DNA of 64,000 bases from Eledone cirrhosa (lineage: Eukaryota): positions 250,418,001-250,482,000 of the forward strand of contig OZ024742.1 of assembly GCA_964016885.1 (NCBI GenBank), written 5' to 3'. Positions 28,186-41,491 of this stretch are shown one piece after another (the stretch's first letter is position 1; every line of letters starts with the position of its first letter). Position numbers and translations under genes: made by a program. The notes under the pieces are model-generated. The model searched no databases and was not told where the DNA came from. It saw only the letters and a list, made by a program, of their open reading frames with translations.

Positions 28186-28448
28186 ATACTTAGACGAATA
28201 ATGTTAAGCTTTTGGTAAGATGATCGAACAAGGAAGTCACTTTCTCAACAGGCCTTTAGTTCAAGTGCCAAGCGAAGGACTGACCGTTAACAAAACCCAC
28301 GTGGGGCTCGACAAGGGGTGCAACCCTTAGTTTTGGCGGATGAATTCAGTATGTGTGTTATTGCAAAATTGCAAAATATCACAAAACGAATTAAATTCTC
28401 AACAGAATGGTTTTAAAATTAATATATATATTAAAATTAATATATATA

Positions 28449-28517
<69 letters not shown>

Positions 28518-28519
<2 letters not shown>

Positions 28520-28726
28520 CGAAGGAAATGTGGTAAGGAACCAGATGGACCATAACGCACCAAAGTACTCAATACTTAGGGTAGTAGAGTGGGTTATAGG
28601 AACGAGTGGGACCCCGACGCCTGAGCTCAAGCCGTTTCGACGGCTAATTCTGGACTGACAGACAGGAAATGAGTCCAGAATTAGCCCTCGAAACGGCTTG
28701 AGCTCAGGCGTCGGGGTCCTACTCGT

Positions 28727-28730
<4 letters not shown>
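28518..28730. mobile_element. Foldback element family F
   Basis: Arms and tail as 11873-12072; flanked by (TA)n. Confidence 0.85.
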
Positions 28731-28800
<70 letters not shown>

Positions 28801-28959
28801 ATACTTTGGGAGGGTCATGTTGCCAATAAGAAACACACGCACCAGTTGCTTTCACTTCAATTTATTATATATTTATAAATTTATAAATTTACAAATCTAC
28901 AAACTTATAAATTTCTGGTTGGTTGGTTGGTTCCACAACCAGATAGTTGTTTATATATA

Positions 28960-29002
28960 GTCATAGTCCTTTCGTCACACACTCTGTGACCTCTTCAGTG
29001 AC
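28960..29002 (-). ncRNA. Type I hammerhead ribozyme, family A
   Basis: Reverse complement (C)TCA/GTCA-CTGAAGA-G-GTCAC(AGAGTGT)GTGAC-GAAA-GGAC-TA^TGAC. Confidence 0.75.
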
Positions 29003-29113
29003 TGGGGATTCCTTTCTTTGTTTCTGTGCCTTTCCTTTCTTCTGTCCTGCGCCAAACAAAATGGCGTAGGACAGAAGAAAGGAAAGGCACAGAAACAAAG
29101 AAAGGAATCCCCA

Positions 29114-29156
29114 GTCACTGAAGAGGTCACAGAGTGTGTGACGAAAGAACTATGAC
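29114..29156 (+). ncRNA. Type I hammerhead ribozyme, family A
   Basis: GTCA-CTGAAGA-G-GTCAC(AGAGTGT)GTGAC-GAAA-GAAC-TA^TGAC; one extra G between the core and stem II. Confidence 0.8.
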
Positions 29157-29372
29157 AATATATAAACAACTATCTGGTTGTGGAACCAACCAACCAACCA
29201 GAAATTTATAAATTTATAAATTTATAAATTTATAAATTTATTATAATAAATTGAAGTGAATGCAACTGGTGCGTGTGTTTCTTATTGGCAACATGACCCT
29301 CCCAAAGTATAACAATATCGGTTTCAACACACGATTTCAGATAAAGAATCTTGCTAAACAAATTCAGAAACG

Positions 29373-29419
<47 letters not shown>

Positions 29420-29421
29420 TA

Positions 29422-29457
<36 letters not shown>

Positions 29458-29899
29458 TGTATGTATGTATGTATGTATGTATGTATGTATGTATGTATGT
29501 ATGTATGTATGTATGTATGTATGTGTGTGTGCGTGTGTGTGCGTGTATATATATATATATATATATAGGCGAATTGGCAGAGTCGTTAGAACGTCGGTTA
29601 GAATGGTTTATGGTATTCGTTCCGGCTCTCTGCTCTCTGAGTTCAAATCCCGCCGGGGTCACCTTTGCCTTTCAGTCCTTCGAAGTCGATAAAAAAAATT
29701 TCGAGTCTAGTACTGGGGTGGATTCTTCCTCTATATCTCTTTCCCATATCCTCTCTCTCACTTCTATCTTTCTCTGGAAGAAATCTGCTGTACTCTGGCC
29801 TGGAGAGGGATGGGCTCCACCAGGCTTAAAACGGCGTATGTCAATACAATGCCCCTACGACCTTATCAGGAGTTACGGGACCACACACACACACACACG

Positions 29900-29931
<32 letters not shown>

Positions 29932-31031
29932 CACACTCATATATATGTATATATCTGATGTGTGGATTAAAGTTGGGTATAGTCAATCAACTAAACGCCC
30001 CCTCATCCCACTTTCCTCTACACATGTTTGGGCCTGGTGCCAATACCAGGAGAGATCCGGACTTAATACCTTCAGGTTCCCGGTTCAAATCTTGCCAGAT
30101 ATGGATATGAGTGGGGCGAGGGGTAATATTTTCTGTCAAATCTGATGTCTGGGTGATAGATGGGGTAGATTCAATTTTCTAACACACCTTTATCCCTCCC
30201 ATACACATGTTTGGGCTTGATGCCAAAGAAAGAAATCGTTATTTACAAACGAATGCACTTAAAGAACAGTTTTTATTAACAGACAAGAGAAGCGGAACAG
30301 ATAAAAGTACCATTCTTTTTTAATAGTATTTCTTGTTTCCTGGTTGTTGTTTTTTTGTGTGATCTAAACGTAAACGATGGCTAGACCTAACATATCTAGG
30401 TAATATCTTATTTTAATGTTTTCTCTCTCTAATTGCTTCATATCCAACAAAGAAAATATATAAAACGAAAGAAACTCGCAACGGAATATTTAGTATATAT
30501 ATTGAGGTACAATTCAATGAAGATTTTTTTTTTCGCAGATCATTTTACGTTTTAACATTTAACCGGAAATGCTAATAGAAAAAACGCTAGAGTGTTCAGA
30601 ACAAGGTCCGGTAAAATTCATAATTATCAATAGATATAAACCAGTCTTCTTTATTTTCGTACTATCTTCCATATTCCGCAACTTTATTTCTGTAAACAAA
30701 AAGAAAATCGTATAATTATAGCTTAGTCTAACGTATATAATTTGTCTTATTTCTATAAACCGGCTTCGTATTAAGTTGCTGAAGAGAACAAAGTGGGTGG
30801 AGACAGCAAGTAAGGCAAGTAAACGAAATGAAAGAAAAAGAAAGAAATATGAATATAAACAGGACAAATAAAACTTTTTATAGTTGATTTAGAAGAAAAA
30901 TTTCAAATACGTTGTAACCCACTTTATACACCTCAGTACACCATCTATATATATGCATATCAGTTTGTGGGCGGGGTGTAGGTTTATGATTTTCTATACA
31001 CAACATATACACACATTTATAATTGTGCGTG

Positions 31032-31128
<97 letters not shown>

Positions 31129-31817
31129 GTGTGTGTATATGTGTGTGTGTACTAGAATACATATATATACATCTATACATATATATGATTATATATACAT
31201 ATCTGAAGTATTAGTGGAGAGTTTAGGATGATCGCTCCTCAAACCTGAGATCCAGGTTTCGATTCTACTGTGGAATTTTAAGTAAGTGTATTCTGTAATT
31301 TCGAGTCAGCTCAAATCTTGCGAGTTATATTCGGTGGCGAACAATTGATTGGAAGCTCATCTGATGGACTCTATCTTTAATTCAAAAGCCTAGATTTGTT
31401 ACACACTTTGACACCATGATTCTAACTGAGGTTTACGTTAAGGATACCCGTATCTAAAATACTTAACTATAATGTAACACCATCGGAAAGGTAGAGTTTT
31501 GTAGGGAGAACGTTGACAGATTAATCAATTCTAAAACAAATTATATTATTGAATAAATAAATAAAGCAGAAGTGAACAACAACCAGTGTGTATGTTTTTA
31601 TTGGCTGGGTGACCCTCCCAATCTGTATTAACAAGGTTTGTATATTCGAAATCGGTGACAACTAAATCTAATTAAACTGACGTGCTTCCACACAGTTTCT
31701 GCCTACCAAGATTCACTCACAATCCATTGGTTCACCCAAAGCCCACGTAGAAGACACTTGCCCAAGTTGTCATGCATTGGAACAGAATCCAAACCTATTT
31801 AGTTGAAATGCAAACTA

Positions 31818-32014
31818 CAGAGTGACCGCAAAACTTCGAGCTTGACTATCGCATTGATGTAAGGGGCACACATCGAGTGTCTTTGATATCAAATAACACC
31901 ACATGAAAGGTTTTTAGTCTATGCAAATGTAGCCACCAATACTGTACGAATATTACTTTAAGTTTTCATAGTATAAGTATTTGAAATCAAGGAGTGTTTT
32001 TTGTGGTCACCCTG
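31818..32014. mobile_element. Tc1/mariner-type MITE
   Basis: TIRs CAGAGTGACCGCAAAA / TTTTGTGGTCACCCTG (14/16 match), TA on both sides; interrupts an older SINE-like repeat (about 31680-31817). Confidence 0.75.
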
Positions 32015-33001
32015 TATTTAACAATATTGGAACAAATAACGATAACTATAGATTTTATTTTCGAGAGCACACCCACGGCTCTACAATAGAAAAGTTGGTC
32101 TGCGTTAATGTGTTCATATTTAAAACGGTCAGCCTAACACCAGCTTAAGAACAAAGTTAGTTACTTTACTAAATCTCTTCAATTTCTTAATTATTTTGAA
32201 AATAATTTTAAAATGATAGGCAATGTCTTTCATTTGAAATATGATAACGGAATATGATAGTGGATTGACTTCACGTTCTCATCTACAAGTTCAGTCATGC
32301 GACAAGCTGGGATTTGAACTTGCGTTCGTATCTTTACTATAGTCAGTAAAATAGTGGAGATAACTTCAAAATAATTGTCTCAGTTCCTTTAGATAAGTAT
32401 CAAACAATCTAGATTTATGTTCCACTAAAAGATTACCAAGAAGGACGACCATTCTTCAGAATGTTTTGCACTCCTACCCCTACTGTTCACTGTCAGATAT
32501 CAAGAGATTATGTCAAGCAACTTGTCGTTTCACATTCTGCGATTACTTCTGACATTTTATCATGTAACTTATTCTTGCGAATCCTTCCTTTGTACCAGAA
32601 AAGTATTGACGGGAGCAGGCAGGAACACAAAATATGACTTATTTTCACACAGATAATATACAATTATCTCACCATTGCCCGGGTGTATATTGTATTTAAT
32701 ATAACTTTATATGTAATATGTGTATATGTATGTATTATAATTTTGACTGTACAAACGGGAAGCCAAACTCAATACATGAGTAGACTGATATATAATTCAT
32801 TTTAACTCTAAAACTACATCTGTGGATCGAGGCCTAGGAGTTTCGTACTTAATGCAATTGTCAAAGTGCACTAAACACGGAGCAAGTAGCTCTCTAGTAA
32901 CTGATATAACTTTGTAGCTATAATAAAATAAACACTGTATGAGATCTCAGTAACGTTTTTTACTGTATGTTTAAAGATTATCTATACATACTAAGGATAA
33001 T

Positions 33002-33391
33002 TGTTTCTACTTTTGGCAAAAGGCAGTAATTATCCCAGTGCATTACTGGTGCTTTAATTTATCGACCCCGAAAGGATCAAAGGCAAAGTTAACCTCGGCG
33101 GGATTTGAACTCAGACAGTAAAGGACCGTAACTCTATGTTGCTAAGCATGACGTCGACCCTCTACCGATACTGCGAACCCACCGCGCTCACATACTAAGA
33201 ATAGTGGTTTCTTGTATAGGCACAGGGTCAGAAATTTGGAGGTAGTGGAAAGTCGATTAAATCGACCCCGTAAGGATGAAAGGCAAATTTAACATCGGCA
33301 GGATTTGAACAAAGACAGCAAAGGACCGTACCTCTATGCTGCTAAGCATGGCGTCGACCTTCTACCGATACTGCCAACCCACCGCCCTTTA
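33002..33391 (-). mobile_element. Two SINE family 1 copies separated and flanked by three copies of a 16-bp target
   Basis: ACATACTAAGGATAAT at 32986 and 33392; ACATACTAAGAATAGT at 33190. Confidence 0.8.
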
Positions 33392-33672
33392 ACATACTAA
33401 GGATAATAACAGTAGTAGTAGGGGTTAAATTTATAAGAGAATATTTGTCATTTTCTATCAGGTACAATTCTTCACAATACCTGTAACACTTTCTTCTCAA
33501 ATGGAGAATTATTTGATTGGAAGTTCACTTCCTCTCTCCATATTTTTCTCTCCACTTTACCACTTTTACTCGTCTTGTCCACCCTCCCATTTTCCCTCTG
33601 TCTATCTGTCTATGATTTTCTCTGTTCCTCTCTCATACATTCGCTTTTTCTTTTGCTATTTATTCTTTCTGC

Positions 33673-34406
<734 letters not shown>

Positions 34407-34544
34407 TTATCCCAATTATATATATATATATATATATCCCTCTCTATCCGCTTCACACACACTCTCATGCTTTCCCTCTTAATATCACGCATATATAGAA
34501 ATATAAACATGTACAGACAAATCCATATATATATATGTATATAT

Positions 34545-34601
34545 GGGGGGGGTATGGGGGGGTATGGGGGGGTATGGGGGGGTATGGGGGGGGGGGGGGG
34601 G
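34545..34601 (+). other. G-rich repeat (TATG7)n, potential G-quadruplex
   Basis: Five runs of 7 or more G separated by TAT. Confidence 0.6.
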
Positions 34602-34786
34602 TCTAGTGCGTGAGTGTGTGTATGTGTTTATATAATGCATATATGCATATATATATATATATATATATACACATCCGTACAGATAAAGAGTCTATATTTT
34701 TCTTGGTATTATACTTGCTTATATATATATATATAGTGAAAGAGTGAAGAATAACATGGTCAACGGTACAAAAAGGGTTTTGTTTA

Positions 34787-34888
34787 CAGTATTAATAATT
34801 GTTTCTTTGATTAGGTGGCTAATCACTCGAAGTTGTGTCACTCGACCTTAAATACAGTGTATGCTTAATCAAATCATCGGAATAACTG
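34787..34888 (-). ncRNA. PLE1 pseudo-LTR hammerhead with CCGATGA core and large loop II
   Basis: Reverse complement CAGTTATT-CCGATGA-TTTGATTA..(about 50 nt)..TAATCAAA-GAAA-CAATTA-TT^AATACTG; other pseudo-LTR copies have palindromic CAATTG. Confidence 0.7.
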
Positions 34889-35390
34889 AATAATTTACAC
34901 ACGGTGTTTGTATTTATACAACGGAGAATTTAAATAACAACATCAATAATAAAGAAAGAAAAAGAAAAAATAATAATAAAGAAGTTAGAATGAAGATGAT
35001 AAAAAATAAGTAAAAGAAATATATACGTGAAAAAATATGAACATAGTACGATTGTTGATAATAGTGGTGGTGGTGGTTAAAGTTATAGTGGTGAGTAAGT
35101 ATAAAGATGTGATGAGGGTATAAATACTATTAATATGAAAATATATATTAAATATATACATATGTATTGGTTAAATCACAGAGGTTTAAACTAGGAAGAA
35201 AGAATATAATAATAAATAACAGATAAAAGATAAAATTAATAAATTAGAAATTAGGTGAAAGGTGAAGAGATACAGGATAGGATACAAGGGAAGAGGTGAA
35301 ATAGCTTTAGGGAGAGAGAGTGAAAGAAAGGTTAGGAGATTTGTGATGTTGATTTAGTGATTAGTTGGTCTGTTGTCAGCTAATAATAAT

Positions 35391-35534
35391 TGTTTCTACT
35401 ATTGGCACAAGGCCAGCGATTATTCCAGTGTATTACTGGTACTTTATTTTATCGACCCCGTAAGGATGAAAGGCAAATTTAACCTCGGCGGGATTTGAAC
35501 TCTGAATGGCAAGGGCCGTAACTCTATGCGTCAA
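35391..35534 (-). mobile_element. 5'-truncated SINE inserted in the PLE1 inverted arm, TSD TAATAATAAT
   Basis: The uninterrupted site is preserved in the partner arm at about 38731-38760. Confidence 0.85.
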
Positions 35535-36124
35535 ATAATAATAATGGTGTGGTATGTAGTTATTATAATAGACTCCGAGTGGTTCAGCTTGAATTATGGG
35601 ATTGTTGGATCGAATCATGTTGGTTTGAAATTTGCGAATTTAGTAGCTGCTTTGTGCCTACAGAAAATTGATCGTTCTATTTTGCTGTGAAGCAGCATTT
35701 TGTCAAACTTTAAAATATGGAACAGCTCCATATTGCAAAGTCCGCAGTGGGACATACCATTTCTGTAGGCCTTTGCTCCTGTTAATTTCGAGTGAAACAA
35801 CTTCGAGTGATTAGCGGCTTTTAGACATACCTAATCAATGAAACAATTGTTAATACTGTAAATAAAACCCTTTTTGTACCGTTGACTATGTTATTCTGCA
35901 CTCTTTCACTATTATTACTCCAAGAATGACCTGCATAAGAATTCCCACGAACTGGCCAACTAACTAAGGAGATCTCTTGTTGAGTCAAACAACGCCGTAC
36001 GTTAAAACTATACGCAATAAAGAGTACTGACAACCTCTAACTGGATTACCTATAACGAGGATTTGTTATCCCATATACCCAGCTCCCACTCTGTTGAGCA
36101 GCAACCTTAACGCACGGCACTAAC

Positions 36125-38680
36125 ATGGAAAGGCACCACATAGGCATGTCCTTAAAAAACATACCTATACCTACAAACAGAGAATATACACTCGGCATGA
36201 TACAGCGTACTAATAACTTCACCTGTCGAATCCGATGGAAGGCATATCATTACGATAAAGGACACACTAATAACACTGAGGAATTTACTAGTGAAAAATA
36301 CGGGTCCAAATCCGGCAAAAATCCACCAAATAACCCCCAGCTTGATGCGTTCGAACTTGACCTGGTGAACATGATAAGTGGAACCAAATTCAAAAACAGA
36401 CAGGTTACAACAAACTGCAAAACGACATCAATGCACTATTTAAAAAAACTACGTAACACCAACGATATTATAGTAAAAGCGGACAAAACATCAAACGTAT
36501 ACACCATGATCCTTAACACATACAATAACTTTATACGCCGTGAATTACACAAAAGATACAGGAAAACTACAGAATCTACACTCACTAGCATTAATAAGGA
36601 AGGACTTAGCATAGTAAAAACGCTGAAAATATCTGATAGAACCGAGCTTCTGACCCCTTGTAACCCCACATTTAATCTAGAAGATCATAAAAGTAACTTC
36701 GAAACTGACCCTACTATTAGATTGATATGCCCATCGAAATCGGATATAGGTAGAATTAGCAAGTATATACTGGATAGAATAATAGCACAAATCAAAGACA
36801 AACTAATAATTAAGCTATGGGGCAACACTAACGAAGCAATAGATTGGTTTAGCACAATAGACAAATAGGAAACATCCAACTTCATACAGTTTGACGTCAA
36901 TGACTATTATTCCTCCATTTCCCCGGTCACCCTAAATAAGGCACTAGCCTTTGCACAGAAAAACTCGGATCAATCCTCTGATGAAATTAGAATAATACTA
37001 GCTGCTAGAAGAACTATCATTAGGCTCGATAATAGTTACTGGGAAAGAAAAAACAGACAGAATAGCTTCAATATCACTATGGGATCAAGCGACTCAGCTC
37101 AATTAACAGACATAGTTAGGATATATATAGCATAACTTGCATGAGGAATTTAGTAACCTCCAAGGAAGAATTTATAGAGACGATACACACATTTTAGCTA
37201 AAAACTTAAATAACCAAAACTTGGAAAGGTTACGAAAAAACATCAGAATCATCGTCAATAAACTAGGCCTAGGCATCACTTTCGAACTTAACTCTAAAAA
37301 AGCTGACTTCTTAGATGTAGCACTCAACCTAATCACAGGACTAATAGAGCCCTTCCATAAAAATAAAGAAAATCTAGCCTACATTAGTTATAACTCAAAC
37401 CACCCTCGCTCCATAATTAACTCCATAGCACATAGTATATCCCTCAGAATATCACGCTTATCTTCTAACCTAGAGATTTTTAATGAACACGCGAACTACT
37501 ATAACATAGCTTTACTTAAGGCAGGCCACAAGGAGAGGCTCAAATACATACCAGATCAATACAACAACAAACCTAACGACAGCTACACCACCCACACCTA
37601 TAGAAATAGCAAATATAGGACTAAACATAGAAATAGACAACGAGCACCAGAAATAAATGAACCGAATACTAATATAAGGACCCCTAGGAACTATAGAAAA
37701 TCCAGAGATAGGAAATACTTACGGCTCAATCCAATATTCAATTCCTCTATAAAAACCAAATTACCTTCTACATTCTTTAAACTAATGGACAAGCACTTCC
37801 CTAAACTACACAAATACTATAAAATCTTTAACAGAAAAACTATCAAACTATCTTACTCTACTGTAGCCAACATAGAATCACACATACATAAAATTAACTA
37901 TAGAAGAATCTCTAATGAAAATAACCTACAAACACACCATAACACCAAATACACAACACAAACACATAACAACATCACAACCACACACACGTCAGAACGT
38001 ATCACAACAAAACATCAACAAGCCTAAATCTCAGTCCAGACATAACAACATACAAAACCGCAACGGAGAACCTGCACACAGGAAGGCCTCCAAATGTAAC
38101 TGCCACTTACCGGATAAGTGCCCACTAAAAATAGATGCCTGGAATCAAATATAGTGTACCTGTGTACTATCAATTCGGACAACTTAGCATGCCACTACAT
38201 AGGTTCTCCGGCTGGGGATTTAAAAAAAAAGATGGTATGTTCACAGACATTCTATAAAGAACGGTAGAATAGAGAACACAACAACGATGACCAATACAAT
38301 CTGGCAGCTTAAAGACGCTAACCAGGTTTAGCTGGTGGAAATTATCCTATGCAGGTCATTCTTGGAGTAATAATAGTGAAAGAGTGCAGAATAACACAGT
38401 CAACAGTACAAAAAGGGTTTTATTTACAGTATTAACAATTGTTTCATTGATTAGGTATGTCTAAAGGCCGCTAATCACTCGAAGTTGTTTCACTCGAAAT
38501 TATCGGGAGCAAAGGCCTACAGAAATGAAATATCCTACTGCGGACTTTGCAATATGAAGCTGTTCTATATTTTAAAGTATGACAAAATGCTGCTTCACAG
38601 CAAAATAGAACGATCAATTTCTGTAGGCACAAAGCAGTTACTAAATTCGCAAATTTCAAACAAATATAATTCGATCCAAC
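36125..38680 (+). pseudogene. PLE1 reverse transcriptase + GIY-YIG endonuclease ORF, disrupted by stops, frameshifts and an inversion
   Basis: MSLKNIPIP, ADKT, RLICPSKSDIG, IYRDD, FLDV, NHP, CNCHLPDKCPL, IVY...HYIG, YRNE..CGLC. Confidence 0.9.
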
Positions 38681-39195
38681 AATCCCATAATTCAAGCTGA
38701 ACCACTCGGAGTCTATTATAATAACTACATACCACACCATTATTATTAGCTGACAACAGACTAATCACTAAATCAACATCATAAATCTCCTAACCTTTCT
38801 TTCACTCTCGCTCCATAAAGCTATTTCACCTCTTCCCTTGTATCCTACCCTGTATCTCTTCACCTTTCACCTAATTTTTAATTTATTAATTTTATCTTTT
38901 ATCTGTTATTTATTATTATATTCTTTCTTCCTATTCTAATCCTCTGTGATTTAACCAATTCATATGTATATATTAGTAGTATGTATACCCTCATCACATC
39001 GTTATACTTACTCACCATTTTTAACCACCACCACCACCAACAATCGTATTATGTTCATATTTTTTCACGTATATATTTTTTTACTCATCTTCATTCTAAC
39101 TTCTTTATTATTATTTTTTCTTTCTCTTTCTTTATTTATGATGTTGTTATTTGAATTCTCCGTTGTATAAATACAAACACAGTGTGTAAATTATT

Positions 39196-39268
39196 CAGTT
39201 ATTCCGATGATTTGATTAGGCATACACTGTACTTTAGACAAACCTAATCAATGAAACTGTTAATACTG
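39196..39268 (+). ncRNA. PLE1 3' pseudo-LTR hammerhead (loop II and stem III partly deleted)
   Basis: CAGTTATT-CCGATGA-TTTGATTAGG..CCTAATCAAT-GAAA-CTG-TT^AATACTG. Confidence 0.65.
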
Positions 39269-39490
39269 TAAATAAAAAACCTTTTGTACTGTTGACCATG
39301 TTATTCTTCACTCTTTCACTATTATTACTCCAAGAATGACCTGCATAGGAATTCCCGCGAACTGGCCACCTAACTAAAGAAACCTCTTTTTGAGTCAAAC
39401 AACGCCGTAAGCTAAAACTATCCACAATACAGAGTACTCGCAACCGCTAACTGGATTACCTACAACGATGATTTGTTATCCCATATATAT

Positions 39491-39602
<112 letters not shown>

Positions 39603-39656
39603 GGTAACAAGTTATCGTTATAGGTAATCCAATCTTGCCTGGTGTGAATTATTTTT

Positions 39657-39766
39657 GTATTGTGAGAGTTGATCAGAGGTACTTAATGTAATCGAGATCG
39701 AGTGACGCAACTTCGAGCGATTAGCGCCCTCCAGACTCACCTGATCAATGAAACAATTGTCAATAC
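39657..39766 (+). ncRNA. Hammerhead of a PLE1 sister subfamily (5' core decayed)
   Basis: GTATT-(GTGAGAG)-TTGATCAG..CTGATCAAT-GAAA-CAATTG-TC^AATAC; the loop shares TCGAGTGAC(A/G)CAACTTCGAG with PLE1. Confidence 0.6.
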
Positions 39767-39901
39767 CTGAAATAAAACCCTATGTTATTCTTTCACTATA
39801 TATACATATACACATATATATATGTAGATATATAGATATATATAAATATATATATATATATGTAGATATATATATATATATCTACATATATATATATATA
39901 C

Positions 39902-39953
<52 letters not shown>

Positions 39954-40120
39954 AATATGTATATATATATATATGTAGATATATATATATACATATTTAT
40001 ATATATGATTCCAGTTCCTCAGTGAAATAACAACCCAACCAGGAACTGGGCATATCAGAGTATTGACAATATTATACACATCAACAACATATGTACTTGT
40101 CTATACCACACTAATTCGGA

Positions 40121-40173
40121 CTGCCTGAAGAGGTCACAGCCAAAGATGGCTGTCACTGAAATATATATAACAG
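40121..40173 (+). ncRNA. Type I hammerhead ribozyme in an island between (TA)n tracts (about 40005-40320)
   Basis: CTGC-CTGAAGA-GGTCACAGCCA(AAGA)TGGCTGTCACT-GAAA-TATATA-TA^ACAG; one mismatch in stem I. Confidence 0.75.
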
Positions 40174-40393
40174 CAATAAACGAAGCTAAATTTTAAACAT
40201 TTGACTTTTTATTTAACTTTATTTTACATTACTCCGGAGTAACCAAACCAACCTGCGCACTTCGTCGAGTGTTCCAGCCTGCATACTTAGGTGTTGGTAT
40301 ACAACCAACATATACTCAAAATCTATGTAGATATATATGTAGATATATATAAATATATATATATATATGTATATATAAATATATATATATATG

Positions 40394-40446
<53 letters not shown>

Positions 40447-40588
40447 GTAGATATATATATAAATATATATATAAATAAATGTATATATAAATATATATGT
40501 AGATATATATATATAAATAAATATATATAAAAATATATATGTTGATATATATATATAAATATATATTTATACATATATATATGTAGAT

Positions 40589-40637
<49 letters not shown>

Positions 40638-40692
40638 TACTTATATATATACATATATATATGTATATATATATACATATATATATATGTAG

Positions 40693-40723
<31 letters not shown>

Positions 40724-40865
40724 CTTATATATATATACACATATATATATATATATGTATATATATATGTATATATATGTGTATATATATATCTGTATAT
40801 ACATATATATTATATATATACATATCTTTATCTGTATATATATATATAAATGTATATATATATAA

Positions 40866-41007
<142 letters not shown>

Positions 41008-41491
41008 GTGTGTGTGTGTGTGTGTGCGTGTGTGTGTGCGTGTGTGTGTGTATATAAAGAAAAAAAGATGATAAAATTAAGAAAAACAATTAAATAAAAA
41101 CAAAGAACAATTTCCTTATATTAAAAAATTCATCATTTTACGATCGTTTCTGGGATGTATATATGTGTTGGTATGTATATCACATATATACTAAGATCTA
41201 AGTAAAAATATTACAAATTTCATTGTTTTTATTAATTTATTTTGACTCTGTTTTCCCATGATTTTTATCATTAATTTTTTAATACACCTTCTCTCTTCAT
41301 CATATCTTCTACATTTGGATTACACTGAGTTCTTCATACGGATTGGACACTACCGTATATTTTGCACTACCGTATACATACTTTGCTCCTAATTTTATAC
41401 AAGTGTTCATATTTTAATATAAATATATATAATTTTATGACTTCCTGTATATATAGTTGAGCTCTCTTTCATGTCCATTATCCATATTACA

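Larger units (their letters stand above)
28795..29372. mobile_element. Foldback element family A: near-perfect inverted arms of about 260 bp plus a 56-bp tail, two HHRs
   Basis: Arms 28795-29054 / 29061-29316, tail 29317-29372, both ends in (TA)n; relatives at 46442-46820, 47881-48010, 52992-53330. Confidence 0.9.
34735..39485 (+). mobile_element. Penelope-like element 1 (Naiad-type) with inverted and direct pseudo-LTRs, in (TA)n
   Basis: ORF remnants 36125-38680; 34735-35935 is an inverted copy of 38347-39330; pseudo-LTR segment repeated at 35820-36075 and 39235-39485. Confidence 0.9.

Noticed and set aside
41131-41215. Possible PLE2 inverted pseudo-LTR HHR (minus-strand GAAACGATCGTA plus a hairpin)
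   Set aside because: No recognisable CTGANGA core; too decayed to call
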